Of a stretch of DNA of 64,000 nucleotides, positions 13,021 through 27,199 are shown piece by piece. Where the stretch lies: the NCBI GenBank assembly GCA_964016885.1, contig OZ024743.1:314030001-314094000 (forward strand), given 5' to 3'. Source of the DNA: Eledone cirrhosa (lineage: Eukaryota). The translations under genes were made by a program, and so were the position numbers. Under the pieces are notes generated by a model. The model ran no database searches. It was not told where the DNA came from and saw nothing but the letters and a program-made list of their open reading frames with translations. Each line of letters begins with the position of its first letter. Position 1 is the first letter of the stretch.

Positions 13021-14353
13021 AGTGATGGTAATGATAATAAAAACGAGATTCCAATTTCTGTAATACTATGTAAAACTGTATACAAATATATGTTATTATC
13101 GGCAGGTTTTCGTACATAAAGATACTTGAATTCTTCCCTACATTGTTCCTGGAAATAATCCTTTTTAATTCCTATAATTCCTGAATATGTAAGTGAATGT
13201 ATGCATCTCTGGATAACAGATATATTTGCTTTTAAGGGTGGGATATTAAGAAACAATTGCAATTCAGAGTGAAAATTAAAGCAAATATTTTCAAGATTGA
13301 GTTATACCATAATAAAGAAGAAAAGGATAAAAATAGTTAAGAAATTTCATAGATGCAGCATATCATTAATGGAGATATATTCAGTTTATAAACAAAATAT
13401 TTGGTGAATACTGAATAGAATCGCCAGAAGTATATACATATATATACAAATGGTGAATGAATCTGCTGACGTGTTAGCAAATGTTGAAATACGCTGTGTG
13501 ATTTCAAGAGAACAATGTGAAAAATGTGTGGCAGAGATATCCGTAGCATGCAAGATAAATAAGGAAATAAAAACAATAATTGCGTGCTGTATCACAAGCA
13601 ATATCGAAGTTTGAGCGAATCACTGCTGTTTTTGATAAATGGTGTTTAAGAGAGACTAGTCATTTTATTGAATATGTAGAGGAAGCAAATAATGATGTAT
13701 TCGATGTAAAAGAAGTTTGAGTAGTTTAGCGATATCGAGATATGAATAAACGCAGAAAGAATGACATGAATGAAAACAAACCTCGTAGCTGTTACAAAAC
13801 ACATTACAAAAGTAAATGATAAATAAGACCAAGCATTTAATCGATGACTGAATTGGTGCAATTATTAAAGAGCCGAATGCAAGAAATACATTGCAGTATA
13901 TAGTTATGAATTTCTAAAGCTCCAAGTTCAAATCCAACTGTGATTTTTTTTTTGTTTACTCTTATTTTCCCGGAGTCGAAAACATAATAGCTAATTAATG
14001 AGACTGACATGACTGATTTCCCAACAACACCCTCCAGAAAAGTCCCTACGCCCGATTACCCGCTCGTGGGTACAATCAATTGATTGCCGAGAGATCAAAC
14101 AATTTAGATTATTTATGTGCCCTAAGCGTAATTGAATAAGTAAAGAGCATATTAATAATAGTAATAAATAAAATATTTCATATAACAAATAATACATTAG
14201 TACCCTACAGGTCCTCTCTGTATTGAAAAGCAAGAGTTAAATTTTACAAAACTTCCAACGCACCGCCGTTAGCTAGTAAAATAATATAAAGGTAAAGTGA
14301 TAAGAAACAGCTGTAAAATATGGAACAGAAAACAATAGGCAATAATATATATC

Positions 14354-14415
<62 letters not shown>

Positions 14416-14586
14416 TATAGATAGGTAAATATACACGGGTGTGTATGATTGTGTATAGAAGATTATATTAATAAGAGGAATTCCAACTTTGTCTGATTTA
14501 CTCGTTTTATTTACAATCCTTTAAAATATATATAATGGTATTATAATGAAATAGTATGATAGAATATTAAATTCTAAGTGTTAATT

Positions 14587-14623
14587 GAACAAGTACTTTC
14601 ATGCTTTCGCAATCTTCAGGTTC
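14587..14623 (-). ncRNA. Minimal hammerhead ribozyme, left arm
   Basis: Minus strand GAAC-CTGAAGA-T TGC GAAA GCA T-GAAA-GTAC-TT-GTTC. Palindromic stem III AGTACT, CUU triplet. Confidence 0.8.
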
Positions 14624-14707
14624 ATGATATGTGGTGACAGTCGAGTTTGCAATTTTCAACTGTCTTGACAGTTGAAAATTGCAAACTCGACTGTCACCAC
14701 ATATCAT

Positions 14708-14744
14708 GAACCTGAAGATTTCGAAAGCATGAAAGTACTTGTTC
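14708..14744 (+). ncRNA. Minimal hammerhead ribozyme, right arm
   Basis: GAAC-CTGAAGA-T TTC GAAA GCA T-GAAA-GTAC-TT-GTTC, with one stem II mismatch. Confidence 0.75.
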
Positions 14745-14859
14745 AATTAACACTTAGAATTTAATATTCTATCATACTATTTCATTATAATACCATTATA
14801 TATATTTTAAAGGATTGTAAATAAAACGAGTAAATCAGACAAAGTTGGAATTCCTCTTA

Positions 14860-14966
<107 letters not shown>

Positions 14967-14995
14967 GTATATATATATGTATATATATGTATATA

Positions 14996-15052
<57 letters not shown>

Positions 15053-15054
<2 letters not shown>

Positions 15055-18000
15055 CCGTCGAAACGGCTTGAGCTCAGCCGTCGGCGTCCTACTCGTTCCT
15101 ATATATATATATATATATATATATATGGATATATATATATATATATTATTTTACGTTGTTGAAAAGACCAGAGCCTTTGACCCGGCAATAAAAACTGGAT
15201 ACATGCCAAGAAATTGCTGAAAGAAACAAGGAATTGTGTAACTTTCGGGGAAGGTGGGTAATTCACAATTATCTCCCATGAAGAAATTAGAAGGGACACA
15301 GTCCTGAGGAACGTAATCTTTAGGACAGTTTCGAACACGACTAGGAAACCGGCTCAATTGTCCCAAAGCGTAATTGAGCTGGTCCTAAGTAGTGCCTGGA
15401 AAGATATCGCTTTCATACAGAAAGGGAAACTGCATGGAAGCATATCTGTTTTAATGTAAGATGAATTGGCGGCACGGAAATATCTGTGTCGCCAATTGTA
15501 TCCAAAGCATACACCTTTTTCCCCACATATTTGGGGAAAAGAACTCAAAACATAAAAATCTCGGGCATCAGGTTAAATGCGAGCATTTGGTGGTGCTAAC
15601 GGGATTCTTAGAAGATGAGGACACAGTCCTTTCGATAGCCGAATCGACCGGGGGCGTATTCGAAGGCAATAGCCTTGAAGTTCTGGTCCAAATGAGACGA
15701 GAACAGATAGCAAGAATACCGCACCGTGGTCACCTGAGGGCTTCCTGTCCCCTTTTAACCCCCCCCCCCCCAAAAAAAAAAGACGCTTCTGCCCACCCCA
15801 CACACACACCACCACCACCACCACCACCACCACCACCACAACATCAACCACAACAACCCGAAAAAATAACAACACAAGACACTGTCCCCCCCAACCCCCC
15901 CCACCAAAAACAAATACAAAAGCAACCACAACAAAACCCCAAAATATACCCCAACCCAACAACACGGACGAGGACCCTTTATCAACGTCATCCAGTGACG
16001 ACGAGGGAGAACCCTTTCAACCGGTAAAAAGAAAGAAAAGAAGGCACCACATTAACAAAAAAGCAACAAACTCACAACCACCAGCACAAACAGAACAAAC
16101 ATCCCAAACTAAAAAACGCACCCCTCCCGAAAACATAACACATACTACAAAACGCAAACACACACAAGAACAACAAACAAAAACAAACACAACACAACAA
16201 AAACAGTATACATACATCAACACAAACAACAAAACACTTGTGCAAACAATAGACAAAGACCCTTCGGTTTCGACCAAATGTTCACCAACGCGGCGACTAA
16301 ACCGCATTTAAAAATGATTAGGATGCCAAGGGACACATACGCAATGCTCAAACAGGAGAAGACAGGTAGGTGTATTTTCCTTTTTCTCCACTCTAAACTC
16401 TTCACCACCAACATGGCTGTTATAAGAGTTGGATGTTTAAATGTAGGCGGCCGGAGGATGTCCTGGAAGCAGGGCAAACTCTTAAATGACCTCAGGTAGC
16501 ACAGAATGGATGTGATAGCTATTTGCGAGTCCAGGATCAGCAGCGAGCACCAACTGGCGCCCATCTTCGACTACTTTGAAATCTATGCATCTCTCTGTCA
16601 GCCGGGGAGTGGGCGGGGTGGTCGTTCTGCTGCGAAAACACATGGGCCTCGCAACACGGAAGGTACACCTGGACCCGGAGGGTCGACTGGTGGTTATAGA
16701 CGTCAGCAGTAGTGAAGGTGGAGCCTTCAGGCTGGTGGCAGCCAATGCCTCATCTGGGACACCGCGACCGGACTTCCAGAGCCTAGAGACTTTTCTGGGA
16801 ACGTCTCGCTCCTTGCTTTTAGTGGGGGACTGGAATGGTATCCTGGATGCACGTTGGGACTATGTAGGGGCACGCCCCGATAGAGGGGGGTGTAACAGCC
16901 TGAAACGGTTAATCGGCCGATTTGATCTGGCCGATAGATATCGACTAGATTTTCCGACTTTGCTGCTGTGGACGTGGACTAATACTAGCGTAACATCTAG
17001 GTCGTACCTAGATAGGTTCCTAGTTAGAAATAAGGATAGGGACATATTAAGCTGTCCACGAATGTTCATGGTTGACGATTCGGATCACAAGTTGGTGACC
17101 GGCGTGGTCAATTTTGATAGAACCCATAGACAAGGACCCGGTTACTGGAAACTAAACTTGTCCTTACCGACAAACAAAGCTTACAGTAAGTGGATTAGCA
17201 CTCTAGTTAAGCAGCGGTTGACGGGGGCAATTGTCAACAGCAGTTGGTGGGCTCTCTCAAGAGAGAAATTAGAATAGAATCGATATGTTTTAGTCAGGAA
17301 TTAGCATCAGATAGGGATATAACTGAAAGGGAATTGATAGATAGAGTAGAAGAGGTGAGTAGGAGTGGCAACGTGGCCGGCGTGCTGGCGTCAAAAACGG
17401 TCCTAGAGCAGTTCTTTAACGCTAAGCACGAGGGCTGCGTTGTCAGGTGTAAAATACGTACTCTGGGTAACGAGGGAGCCAAAGCTGTTCGCTGGGCCCG
17501 AGTGACAGAGGCAAAAAGTGGGAACAAGTCCACGATTCGGTCTTTGAAGGACCAGGATGGACGCGTGATCCTTGAATCTGAGCGGATGTGCGCGTCTTTC
17601 AACGGCTCTTTGCACAACTGTTCGGGAGGGGCGGCGGGCCGGGTGAAGCCATGCATTTCGGTCCATACCACGACGGTCTCTCGCGGCTCTCGGACGAGGA
17701 GGCGAAGTCCTGCAAAAGGCCGATTTCAGCCGCTGAAATAGGGGAAGCGCTGAGCCAATGCGGCAAACGCAAATCTTCCGATCTCGATGGTCTACCATGC
17801 GAACTTTATGTAGAGATGCCGGACTTGTTCTCCGATCTCCTCGAGGCGGTCTACTGCAACTGGCAACAGAACGGGAGAATTCCCAGTACTGTGACCAAGG
17901 GCGTAGTCACGCTGGTGAGGAAGGACGAGAACATGGGGGAAGACATAGATAAATTCAGGTCCATAATTCTGCTAAACACAGAGTTATAGATTTTGGCCAA

Positions 18001-20078
18001 GGTGTTAGCGAAGAGGTTAGCGCTTGCCGTCGGGAACCTGGTGGGAGAAGCGCAGACATGGGCAATCCCGTCCAGGTCCATACACGACAACCTCCACCTC
18101 ATGCGACACATCGTAGAGAGGGTAGGGAACGAACCCTTCTTTGGTGGGGCCCTGATCAACTTGGATCAATCTAAGGCGTTCGATAGGGTCGACCATCGGT
18201 ACCTGGATGTGGTGCTCGCGGCGGCAGGCTTCGGACCCGTTTTCACGGGCTGGATTGCTGCAATGCACAGCAGCAACACCTGCTCGAGGGTCATTGTGAA
18301 CGGCTACCTCTCGGAGCCGTTCCAAATCGCGCGATCCATCCGACAGGGATGCCCTCTCTCCTCCCTCATCTATGTGCTGGCTCTCGAGCCACTACTGCGG
18401 AAGTTGGAGCTGTTGCAGGGAATCCTCTTGGAACCCGGATTGCTGAAAGCGGTGTCGGCCTACGCCGATGACGTGACATTAATGGTATTATGCGCCTCGG
18501 AAATCGGGCAGATCGGCACCTTACTGGAGGAATACGAAAAGTTTACAGGAGCCAAGCTGAACCGGGACAAGTCCGTCGGTTTGCTACTCGGAACGTGGAG
18601 AGGCAAACCGATGCACTCCGACGGCGTCGTCGGACGCTGGACGGAGGGACCGGTGAAGCTGCTCGGCGTCTGGTTCGGACCGGACCTCCGGGTGGAGAAA
18701 ATCTTGGATGAGGTAACGGGCAGGGAGTTTCCACCCGCCCAGAAGTGGGCCGAGTGCAAACTATCTCTAAAAGGTCGAGCGGAGGTGGCGAACACTTATA
18801 TAGCGTCCGTCATCTACTACCGCTTGACGTCGTGCCGTCCCCAGCGAAAACGCTCGCCAAAAGGGAGTGCGCGCTCTTCCAATTCCTTTGGAAGAAGTGG
18901 GCTCTTTTGGTGAGAAGATCCATCTGCTGTCAACACCCTTCGAACGGAGGGCTGGGGTTGCCGTGAATGACGATGCGTAGACACGCATTAAGGCTACGGC
19001 ACCTCCAGGTATTCCTCACAGATCAGCCGGTGTGGGCCCCTTTTATGAGGCGAGCCTTTCCGAGACTCGTCTCACTCACCGAGCTGCAATCCTGGGTCAA
19101 TAAAAGACCGAAAAAAGTGGGCAACTGGCACACTGAATGTGCCCAAGACTCACGGCCCTCTGGCAAGCGGATCCGGCAATCAGTGGAGACTCAACCTCAA
19201 CATTCTATAGAGGGTTGATGCGCAGCAAGTGCGACGACGCTCTCGAAGAGGCTCTGGACACGGAGGAAGACGAGCTAGCCAGTGTGTTCAGTAGGATGTT
19301 TGGCCCGGGACCGCTGGACAACTTCCAAAAGTTCCTTGCTTTGCAGTGCTACCGAGGAGCTCTACCCGTTCGGGACAAGCTCTACAGACACGGGCGCCCG
19401 GGTAGGGACCCCTCGAAGATCTGTCCGAGATGCGTGCGTGACGAGGAAACCGTCGCGCACGCATTCGTACACTGCCAGGGCGTTGCTGACATGTGGGGCT
19501 ATGTGGAACGACTACTGTCGCGGGTGGGACCAATCCGATTGAGCACCGAGTACAACGTCACGATCAAACCACCTCTCCCCTTTAAAAACGAAGGAGAGGC
19601 GGTTTTCCTCTGTGTGATAGCTATGGCGAAATAGGTTGTATTGTGGACGAGGTTGAAAGGGCTGAGGTCAGACACCTTTCTCTCCGGCCAACAGCTGGTC
19701 TTTTTTTTTAAGTACCATTTTAGAAGAAGGATGAGAATCGAGAGAGAGAGGTGCTCTACACCAGCAAGTTTTATGAAAGGTGAGTGAAAGAAGCGAGAAT
19801 GGCCCGAGTGAATGGGCCTTCTCTCTATATCAGCCTGTAGGTGAGAGAGGAGAAGAAGGAGGTGAGCAAGGGAGCACCCGCTCTTTGTGCTCCTGTGGAG
19901 GAGGGTTGCACATTTTTTTTTCGGGGGTGTGTGCGACCCACGTCAACACCCTATTGAGGACTTCGATTGTTGAATTTGATTTGTTATATGTTTTGACACG
20001 TCCTTTGAAATGTGTTTAAACTCCCCCCCCCTTGTATTTGTCCCAATCTTTGATGCCCTGGTGGCAAATAAATAGAAA
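15053..20078 (+). mobile_element. Tx1/L1-type LINE, copy A, decayed
   Basis: ORF1 remnant with a Pro/Thr/Lys-rich part, APE-RT ORF2, and a 3' UTR ending gcaaataaatagaaag. The 5' boundary is approximate. Confidence 0.9.
16413..19840 (+). pseudogene. LINE ORF2 (APE endonuclease, RT, Cys-rich domain), frameshifted
   Basis: GCLNV, GDWNG, SYLDRF, SDH, GYWKLN, LDQSKAFDRVDH, RQGCPLS, YADD and CPRC..EETVAHAFVHC motifs. Confidence 0.92.
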
Positions 20079-20201
20079 GTTATCTATCTATCTCTCTATC
20101 TATCTCTCTAACTGGGGGCTCAAACATGCGGCCTGCGATCTACTTTTCTATGGCGCGTGGTAGAATCAATATTTCTGATTCTATTATAACTGGTGAAAAT
20201 A

Positions 20202-20415
20202 AGGCGGTGAGCTGGTGGAATCGTTAGCACATCTGGCGAAATGCTTAGCGGTACTTCTCGCGTTTTTACGTTCCGAGTCAAATTCCGCCGATCTCAACTC
20301 TGCCTCTCATCCTTTTTGGGTCGATAAATTAAGTGTCAGTTGTGAACTGGGATCGATGTAATCGACGGGACCCGATCCCTGAATTTCATGCCTTGTGCCT
20401 ATAGTAGAAATGATT
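20202..20415 (+). mobile_element. tRNA-derived SINE with Nin-type domain, near full length
   Basis: aggcggtgagctgg...gagtcaaattccgccg...ctcatcctttttgggtcgataaattaag...gccttgtgcctatagtagaa. Confidence 0.8.
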
Positions 20416-20515
20416 ATAACTGGTGAAAATTATCATACACCACCTCGTTTGCCCCACTGTGCCTCTCCTCCAGGACATAATGACCCTTTTATGTCCTTCA
20501 GTTTGAGACCTCTCT

Positions 20516-20571
<56 letters not shown>

Positions 20572-20890
20572 CATTTTACTTTTTTCTGTCTCTGGACTAC
20601 GCCTATGCTGGAGCATTTACCTTGGTTAGTTATGGGGACGTCAACAATCCGACAAGATTGGTGGGATCGCAAACACAAACGCAAAGACACACACATACAT
20701 ATATACATATATACGACGCGCCTCTTTTAGTTTCGGTCTATCAAATCTGTTTTCATTTTTATTGTTAATTTAATACCTAATATCTGACTCTGTATCTAAA
20801 GAATTAATTCAGCGAAACACAGAACTACTTCTCTATGGATTTTACAAGATTACATTGAGATCTATCCAGAGGTGGACCAGACTGAAAAAA

Positions 20891-20940
<50 letters not shown>

Positions 20941-20942
20941 AT

Positions 20943-20982
<40 letters not shown>

Positions 20983-21060
20983 AATCTACATACATACGTA
21001 TATACATACATTTACCTATGTATATAGCTATGCATTTATATATTTGTATATATACATACA

Positions 21061-22716
21061 TTTTTTTTGGGGGGGGGGGGAATGTTGTCTCCAGATTTTA
21101 TTACCTAGGGAGATTAAATACCACAGCTCTGGCTGAAAGTTGACCAGGTACTCAACCTCATCAAACACCAACACCGGCCTGTGTGTGTATATATGTGTAT
21201 GTATATTATCTCTTTCTCTTAATTTCGAGTATATTTTTTTGACCGGCCACCTTCCTGATGGCAAGGTTGTAAAAGAAAAGAAATTGTCATCCCTTGAATC
21301 GCAAGAATGTTTTGCAAATTTTGAAGGTGCTAGCTATCGCAGCCATTTGTAGACTATGAAATAGGGAGCTACGCTCTTTGTCCGCAAATCCAAGTTCAGT
21401 CATACTTTGGTCCAAGCGGGTTGGTATATAACCCGTAGCTCCAATAATGATGGGTATGAAGCTAAAGGTGTATCTTGGATACTGGATTTGTAAACTCCTC
21501 ATCAATGGTCCGTAGATGTCCATCTTCTGTATTTTTCTGACAACGTTTACATCAAGTGGGCAGCTGATCTCCACAACAGAACACGTTTTCAATGTGTGGT
21601 CCTAAACAACAATATCAGGCCGGTTGTGCTTTAATTTGGTGGCAGTTTTTATTTTCAGGTTCCACCAGTATTCCTTAGTGCCATCTGTCTCAATATATTC
21701 TTCCTCGTTTGTTGTTAATTTTGTTTTCCGAAGTGCATTCCAGATGATTATAGCTATCCCATCGTGTCTCATGGGGAGGTAGTAGCGAGATGACATTCTT
21801 TCGCAGCAGGCAACAATGTGGCTTACATCCTCGATCTTTGTTTTACATAGCCTACATTTATTGTCAGCTGATGGCCCTCCCTTTTTGTGCAGCAGATATT
21901 TGGTAGGGAGTTCTTGTTCCTGTATGTATTGCATAGAGATATCCCTCAAGGTGTGATGTCATAAACTTGTCGGAACTCCACGCCAGGCTTTTTGAGTGGT
22001 TTATCCCCTCTATGGTCTGTGTTTTACGTCTCAAGTATCCATGCACAACTTTTTCTGTAAATTGGTCAATTTTTTCATTTTGTTTGAACATTGAATAGGA
22101 TCTTCCGATTTCTCTGGGTGAGAGATTTATATCAGGCTTTATTCCATATCTCTCCTCCAGATCAGTGGCTATTCTAATGATATTTTTTTTTCATGCTCAT
22201 AAACCTGGACAAGATGGTTGCCAACCTTTTTCCTCTGTTGAAGATGTTGCTTCAGTGTTACTATCCGGGTCTCATATGATGTTATTATGGATTTTAGACC
22301 CCGGCAACCTTCCTTGCGTGCGAAGTATAGCCTATCCACATCACCATTGATGTTAAAGTTCCCAGTAACACTGAGAAGTTTGCGAATTCTAACATCCAAC
22401 TCACTTAGTTCTTACAATGACCAGTTCAGCAGGCCAAATGTTGGCGTTAGAATTGGCACAGCTTAAGTATTGTTGGCAATGTATTTGTTGTACGCTGACA
22501 GTTCTGATGACCATATTTTCTTTACTCTTCTGAGGTATTCAGTTCTGGTTCTCTCCTTATTTATGGGTCTATCATATCTGACATTCTCTTCCTGTCCAAG
22601 ATATCTGTAGTTGTCACCTGACTGTAGAGGTTGTATTGTCAAGCCGTTCATCTCCAGATTTCTAGAGGAGGGCACAGCTCTTCCACGTTTTACTGCCAAA
22701 TATGCACACTTGGACT
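21061..22716 (-). mobile_element. R4/Dong-like LINE 3' fragment (RT C-terminus, CCHC knuckle, restriction-like endonuclease)
   Basis: YRYLG, DVDRLYFARKEGCRGL, CRLCKTKIEDVSHIVACC, RHD, NRPDIVV, VEISCP and PIIIGATG motifs. AATAAA and an A-tract end at 21061. The element is 5'-truncated at a (TACA)n repeat. Confidence 0.85.
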
Positions 22717-23819
22717 ATGTATGTATGTATGTATGTATGTATGTATGTATGTATGTATGTATGTATGTATGTATGTATGTATGTATGTATGTATGTATGT
22801 GTGTGTGTGTATGATTGTATGTATGTATATGTATACACCCACACCTTTCATCACCATTCTTTCTTTTTCTTGTTCTTGTTACTTGTGAAATTTGACGTTG
22901 TCCTTACTTTCATTTCCTTTGATTTCTTTCGTTTTTCTTTTATCTCCCTAGGGAATTCGTTGACAAGTTTCTTTTATTAATTTTCTTCGTTTTCTTCATT
23001 CAAATCCATTTACACTTGCTGTCTCAGTGACGTACAATTATGGCTTATAATACTTACCTAAGTAAGTAGCCTTCCACTGCCCCCCTAGCGCCCCAAAGCT
23101 TCAAACGCAAATGCCCCTTGCTCCAAAATCCCCCCCCCCCGGTGAGAACCTTTGATTTAATCGAATGTAGCTACCCCAACAATTCTGGTCTTGAGCTTAT
23201 CTGAGATATCGATAATTTGTTATGTGTATAATATGTGTATATGTATAATGGACCGCAATTTATATGTAATCAAATTCAAGTTTCTCCTTCCTACAATAAT
23301 AATATCAGGATATTATTTGGATTGAGCATACAACGATGTTCTATTACTTCAACAAAGTCGGCGACCATAACATTAACGTCTTTGTCAGCATACAGATTAA
23401 GCTGCTTCTCTGTTATCCATTATGGAAGTCATGTTCTGACGTCTTTGCTAATCGACATACGTCTACAAAGGAAATAATACACACGCCTACAAACATATAT
23501 GAAAAAACTCCAAACAACAAAACTCATTAGAAATTAATATATTCCAGAGCAATTGTGTGCTAAAGTTGCTATATGTTTGGCGATAGTTATATTTATGGGT
23601 AAGAAAAACAAACATAGCCATACTAGAATAAAGAAAACTTGCACAAGAAAGTAAAGTAACAAAGAAAATTGACGGATAAAAATGTAAATAGACTGAGCGA
23701 AAGACTTCAACGTTTCTTTCGAGTTTTATGAATACCATGAAGAGACTGTGAATGGAATTATTTTGCATATTGGAGGGCAAGGGCAATATAAATAAAAGAA
23801 TTATGAGTAGAAAGAAAGA

Positions 23820-24400
<581 letters not shown>

Positions 24401-24469
24401 TAAAAATACACATGGCTCACTGGTTAGGTATTCGGCTCACGATCGTAAGGTGTAGCTACGGAGAGCTTG

Positions 24470-24544
<75 letters not shown>

Positions 24545-24837
24545 AGTGTAGAAAAAAGAAATTATACAAAGCAGGCCGTTAAGAAATTCCATCTCTCACT
24601 CTTCAAACAACTACAACAACAAACAACAAATGATAAAGAAGATCATTTCTTTGAATAACGCCGTTAGCGATTATTTGGCCTAAATTTATGTGTTGGTATT
24701 GTAGTTAATGTTGTATACAGCAGTATGATATCACAATCAAGACAAATATTCTTTTTAATATTCGATTATTCTGTTCTACGGTTTCTTAAAAATACAAAAC
24801 AAAACAAGACGCAGACGACTCATTAATATCAACAACG

Positions 24838-25030
24838 GGTGGTGGATTGGCAGTATCGGTAGAGCGTCAGACACCATGTTTCCCAGCATCGAGCTGTGGC
24901 CCTTTACGTTCCGAGTTCAAATACCGTCGAGGTTAACTTTTCCTTTCATCCTTACGGGATCGATAAAATAAAGTACCCGTGTGGCACTGGGGTAATTGCT
25001 GGTCTTGTGCCAAAAGTAGAAACAATTAAT
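24838..25030 (+). mobile_element. tRNA-derived SINE with Nin-type domain
   Basis: tggcagtatcggtagagc (A box), gagttcaaatacc (B box), cctttcatccttacgggatcgataaaataaagtacc. Confidence 0.85.
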
Positions 25031-25045
25031 ATCACACACACACAT

Positions 25046-25077
<32 letters not shown>

Positions 25078-25088
25078 GTGTTTGTGTA

Positions 25089-25140
<52 letters not shown>

Positions 25141-25144
<4 letters not shown>

Positions 25145-26770
25145 ACCGTGGAGTATCACGGCCCCGCTCAACGTTTGGTAACTGGACAATGCTACGATGG
25201 AGACTGTCTGCCATGGCGATTTCTGCCGTGGAGACTGTCTGCCATGACCTTCAGTCGGTAGTTCCTGCACTGGCGGGAATCGGCCTCCAGGTCAATTCGT
25301 CTAAGTCGGAGGTGATGAATGTCAGCTATGATGCTCAGAGATTTGCAGTCTCCGTCTTGGTCGTGCGGTCCATGCTCCACCAGGTACAGGTGATCCCCAA
25401 AAAGGATATCCTCATCCTCGTGCCACCGATCCACTCGCCAGCCATCCGCTCCACCATCAGGTATAGGCTCCAACAACTCTAGATCCTCACGAGCCGACTG
25501 GGCTTGATCGACGGTCACCCAGCACTCTTCCTGTTGAAGAACTACATCGCCCTGTCGAAGCCCCTCTACACCCTTCGCAGCGCACCGTGCTACAGCCACG
25601 CATCTCACCTCGCTGGCCTCGATACTTGTATCCGAGCGGCAACTGAGGAAATATGCAACGTCCCGTTTGATGATATTGGATGGCAACAGGCCACTTTATC
25701 TGTCAGGTTTGGCGGCCCTGGCCTCCGGTCCCCTATCTTGCTGGCATTGCCGGCCTTTATCTCATCGGTAAACTCATGCCACGTCCTTGTTAGCAGGGTT
25801 CTCCGAAACACAATAGAACCTTCTTTGTTCAGGGAACGTGACGTCGCTTGTGAGACGTGGGACAGGCTGGGGCCTAGCCCGGTAGGCATCCCTCCTCCTT
25901 CTCCCCTGCTGACGTCAAGTCTCCCCAAAGTGTATGGGATGCCATCCAGTGCAGCCTGGCCTCAGACAGGCTCACGCACCAGCTCGACCAGCACCACCTT
26001 GCCTGTTTTCGCGTGGCCTCCAAACACCACAGTGGTGCCTGGCTCCATGCCTTGCCACCCTTCTCCACTGGCACGCAGCTGGATAACGATAGCCTGCGCA
26101 TTGACGTTTCCTTGAGGCTTAGATTCCGGATCTGCGAGCCACATAAATATCACTGTGGATCCACCCGTGCACTCTTACTTACTCCACCCGCTTTCCTGAC
26201 GCCACAGTGCCGGCCGCCTTCCACGCCATACTGAGGTCATTAAGCATGGCTTGGGCGTTGCAGGCTTCCCCTCCCAGCTCGAGCCGGTGGGGCTGGACCG
26301 AGAGAGGGCAAAAGACCAGATGGTATGACCATTTTCCCGTTGCGCGGTGGCAAAACCCTCGTCTGGAACACTTTCTTCAGACGCAACGTGGTGCAGTCTG
26401 CGACTAACCCAGGTCTGCTGCATGTCGGGCTGAGGAGGCCAAACTCTCCAAGTACCGGTCGCTCTCCGACAGGTTCGCGGCCGTGCCCTCGGCAGTGGAG
26501 ACTTCTGGTGTCCTTGGCCCTAGGGCTACCTCACTATTCACCACCATAGGCGCTGAGCTGGCCAGCCGCAGGTGTAAGCCTCGTGAGTTGGAATGGCTCT
26601 TCCAGCGCATCTCCCTTACCATCCTCCCGGGAAACGTCTTCTCCATCCTGTCCGCCGGGGCTGTGGGAAGGCCAGCATGTGGGACCCCATTTGCTCACCA
26701 TACGGATTAATAGGCAAAGTTAGTAACTATTGTAAATAAATAATTATTGTGAACATACTAAATAAAAAGA
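25141..26770 (+). mobile_element. CRE-clade non-LTR retrotransposon 3' fragment (RLE type), decayed
   Basis: ALFLLKN..LYTLRSAPC, WQQATLSVRFGG.GLRS..LALPAFISS, HSGAWLHALP..GTQLDNDSLRI, KRPDG.T.FP..GK.LVW and AVETSGVLGP..WLFQRISL motifs. The fragment starts right after (GA)n. Confidence 0.8.
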
Positions 26771-27167
26771 ACGAAACAAAAACGAGTTAAAATCAAAATT
26801 GCATTAATTAAAATGTAGCAGGAGTTGCCTCCCTTGTTGTGACCCTCACAACCCCAATAGATTAACGCTCTCTAGACAGGAAGTAGAACCCTTTCTGCAA
26901 CTTCCGGTCAGAACCTTATAAAACTAACAACTTTAAGTTCTCTCTCTCTCATTTGCTTTTCCGGCGCCTGGCCTTCGCCAGGCGTCTTCTGCCAGCCGCG
27001 TTCCCCTGGCAATCAAAACGGTAACTAATAACTTTGCTTCCATCTTTCATCTATTCATTGACATGCCAACTATACTGTTCTATATATCCAAAAATTGTTA
27101 ATTAAATATTATACACACAAACCAATCGTCTTTGTTACATTCATACACACCAGTATTTTGCTATAAA

Positions 27168-27199
27168 TGGTGACCCCGACGTGATACGAACACGCAACC
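27168..27199 (+). promoter_or_regulatory. Primer-binding site complementary to the tRNA-Trp 3' end, extended to 32 nt
   Basis: TGGTGACCCCGACGTGAT is the classic tRNA-Trp PBS. The following ACGAACACGCAACC continues the complement of the T-arm. Confidence 0.85.

Noticed and set aside
24412-24452. tRNA-like 5' half (tggctcactggttagg)
   Set aside because: It has no T-arm or acceptor stem and is most likely a truncated SINE head. The other A/B-box sequences in the window are likewise SINE heads, not tRNA genes.
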